DNA from: Catajapyx aquilonaris | Taxonomy: Eukaryota | DNA: 20,000 bases | Direction: 5' to 3' | Assembly: GCA_000934665.2 (NCBI GenBank) | Contig: KZ538368.1 | Span: 57,261-77,260 of the forward strand | Shown here: positions 19,650 to 20,000 of the stretch, piece by piece | Position numbering within the stretch: position 1 is the stretch's first letter | Layout: each line of letters opens with the position of its first letter | The notes under the pieces: model-generated | What the model saw: the letters and a program-made list of their open reading frames with translations, nothing else | Databases searched by the model: none | What the model was told of the DNA's origin: nothing | Translations under genes and position numbers: made by a program

Positions 19650-20000
19650 GGCATATAGATGTCGCCCATATCTCAGGGTAGGCAGGGAAACAAAAGGCGA
19701 TCGTGACCCCCCCACCGCACCATCACCCTAAGAAGGCTCGAACCTGATGTGCTTGGAGCAGTTAGTTGGATGCTGCATGCTGGACACTCGGCGATGGACA
19801 ACACAGGAGCTTGCTTTCGAGTGTGGGACAGTGCTGGACACAATAGCATATAACAAGTGTAAACAACGACTTTGGCGTTACCTGGCAACTGGTCGTGTTC
19901 GGACATCGTCATGTGGAGAGTGCTTAGCGTTCTTTCTGTCGTTGCCACTGTTTACAGGTAGCGATTGATGCTGGGACGAAGGGTGTGTGAATGCTTACCA
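19650..20000 (+). mobile_element. Decayed mariner-like transposase fragment (N-terminal/HTH to first catalytic D) in a FAM50 intron
   Basis: LDTRRWTTQELAFECG resembles the mariner HTH DRR.T..ELA..G; CKQRLWRY follows; frameshifted IDAGDEGCV resembles IVTGDE.WV. Confidence 0.5.

Noticed and set aside
1..20000. CRISPR array or prokaryotic defence/operon system
   Set aside because: No regularly spaced repeat-spacer units; the DNA is spliceosomal-intron-containing animal sequence.

Overview
Eukaryotic (invertebrate animal, probably arthropod) genomic DNA. It holds two conserved housekeeping genes arranged head-to-head. The first is a complete six-exon cytoplasmic tryptophanyl-tRNA synthetase on the minus strand (CDS join 17585-17384, 14123-13895, 12311-12129, 10337-9950, 8586-8446, 8377-8219; 433 aa; HVGH and KMSAS motifs; all introns GT-AG and in phase). 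The second is the first two coding exons of a FAM50/XAP5 homolog on the plus strand, which continues beyond the window. The start codons are about 630 bp apart around a CpG-richer shared promoter with a perfect CRE. The rest is dense with small mobile elements whose ends and target-site duplications (TSDs) can be read directly: at least four tRNA-derived SINE families, MITEs of Tc1/mariner-, pogo-, PIF/Harbinger-, Sola1- and hAT-like type, two mariner transposase relics, and several nested insertions. I found no convincing new protein-coding system. The most unusual signals are a palindromic MITE whose two arms change together between copies, two different SINEs sharing a structured 3' tail, and a composite retroposon inside a single TSD. 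Repeat family names come from remembered consensus features and were not checked by database search.
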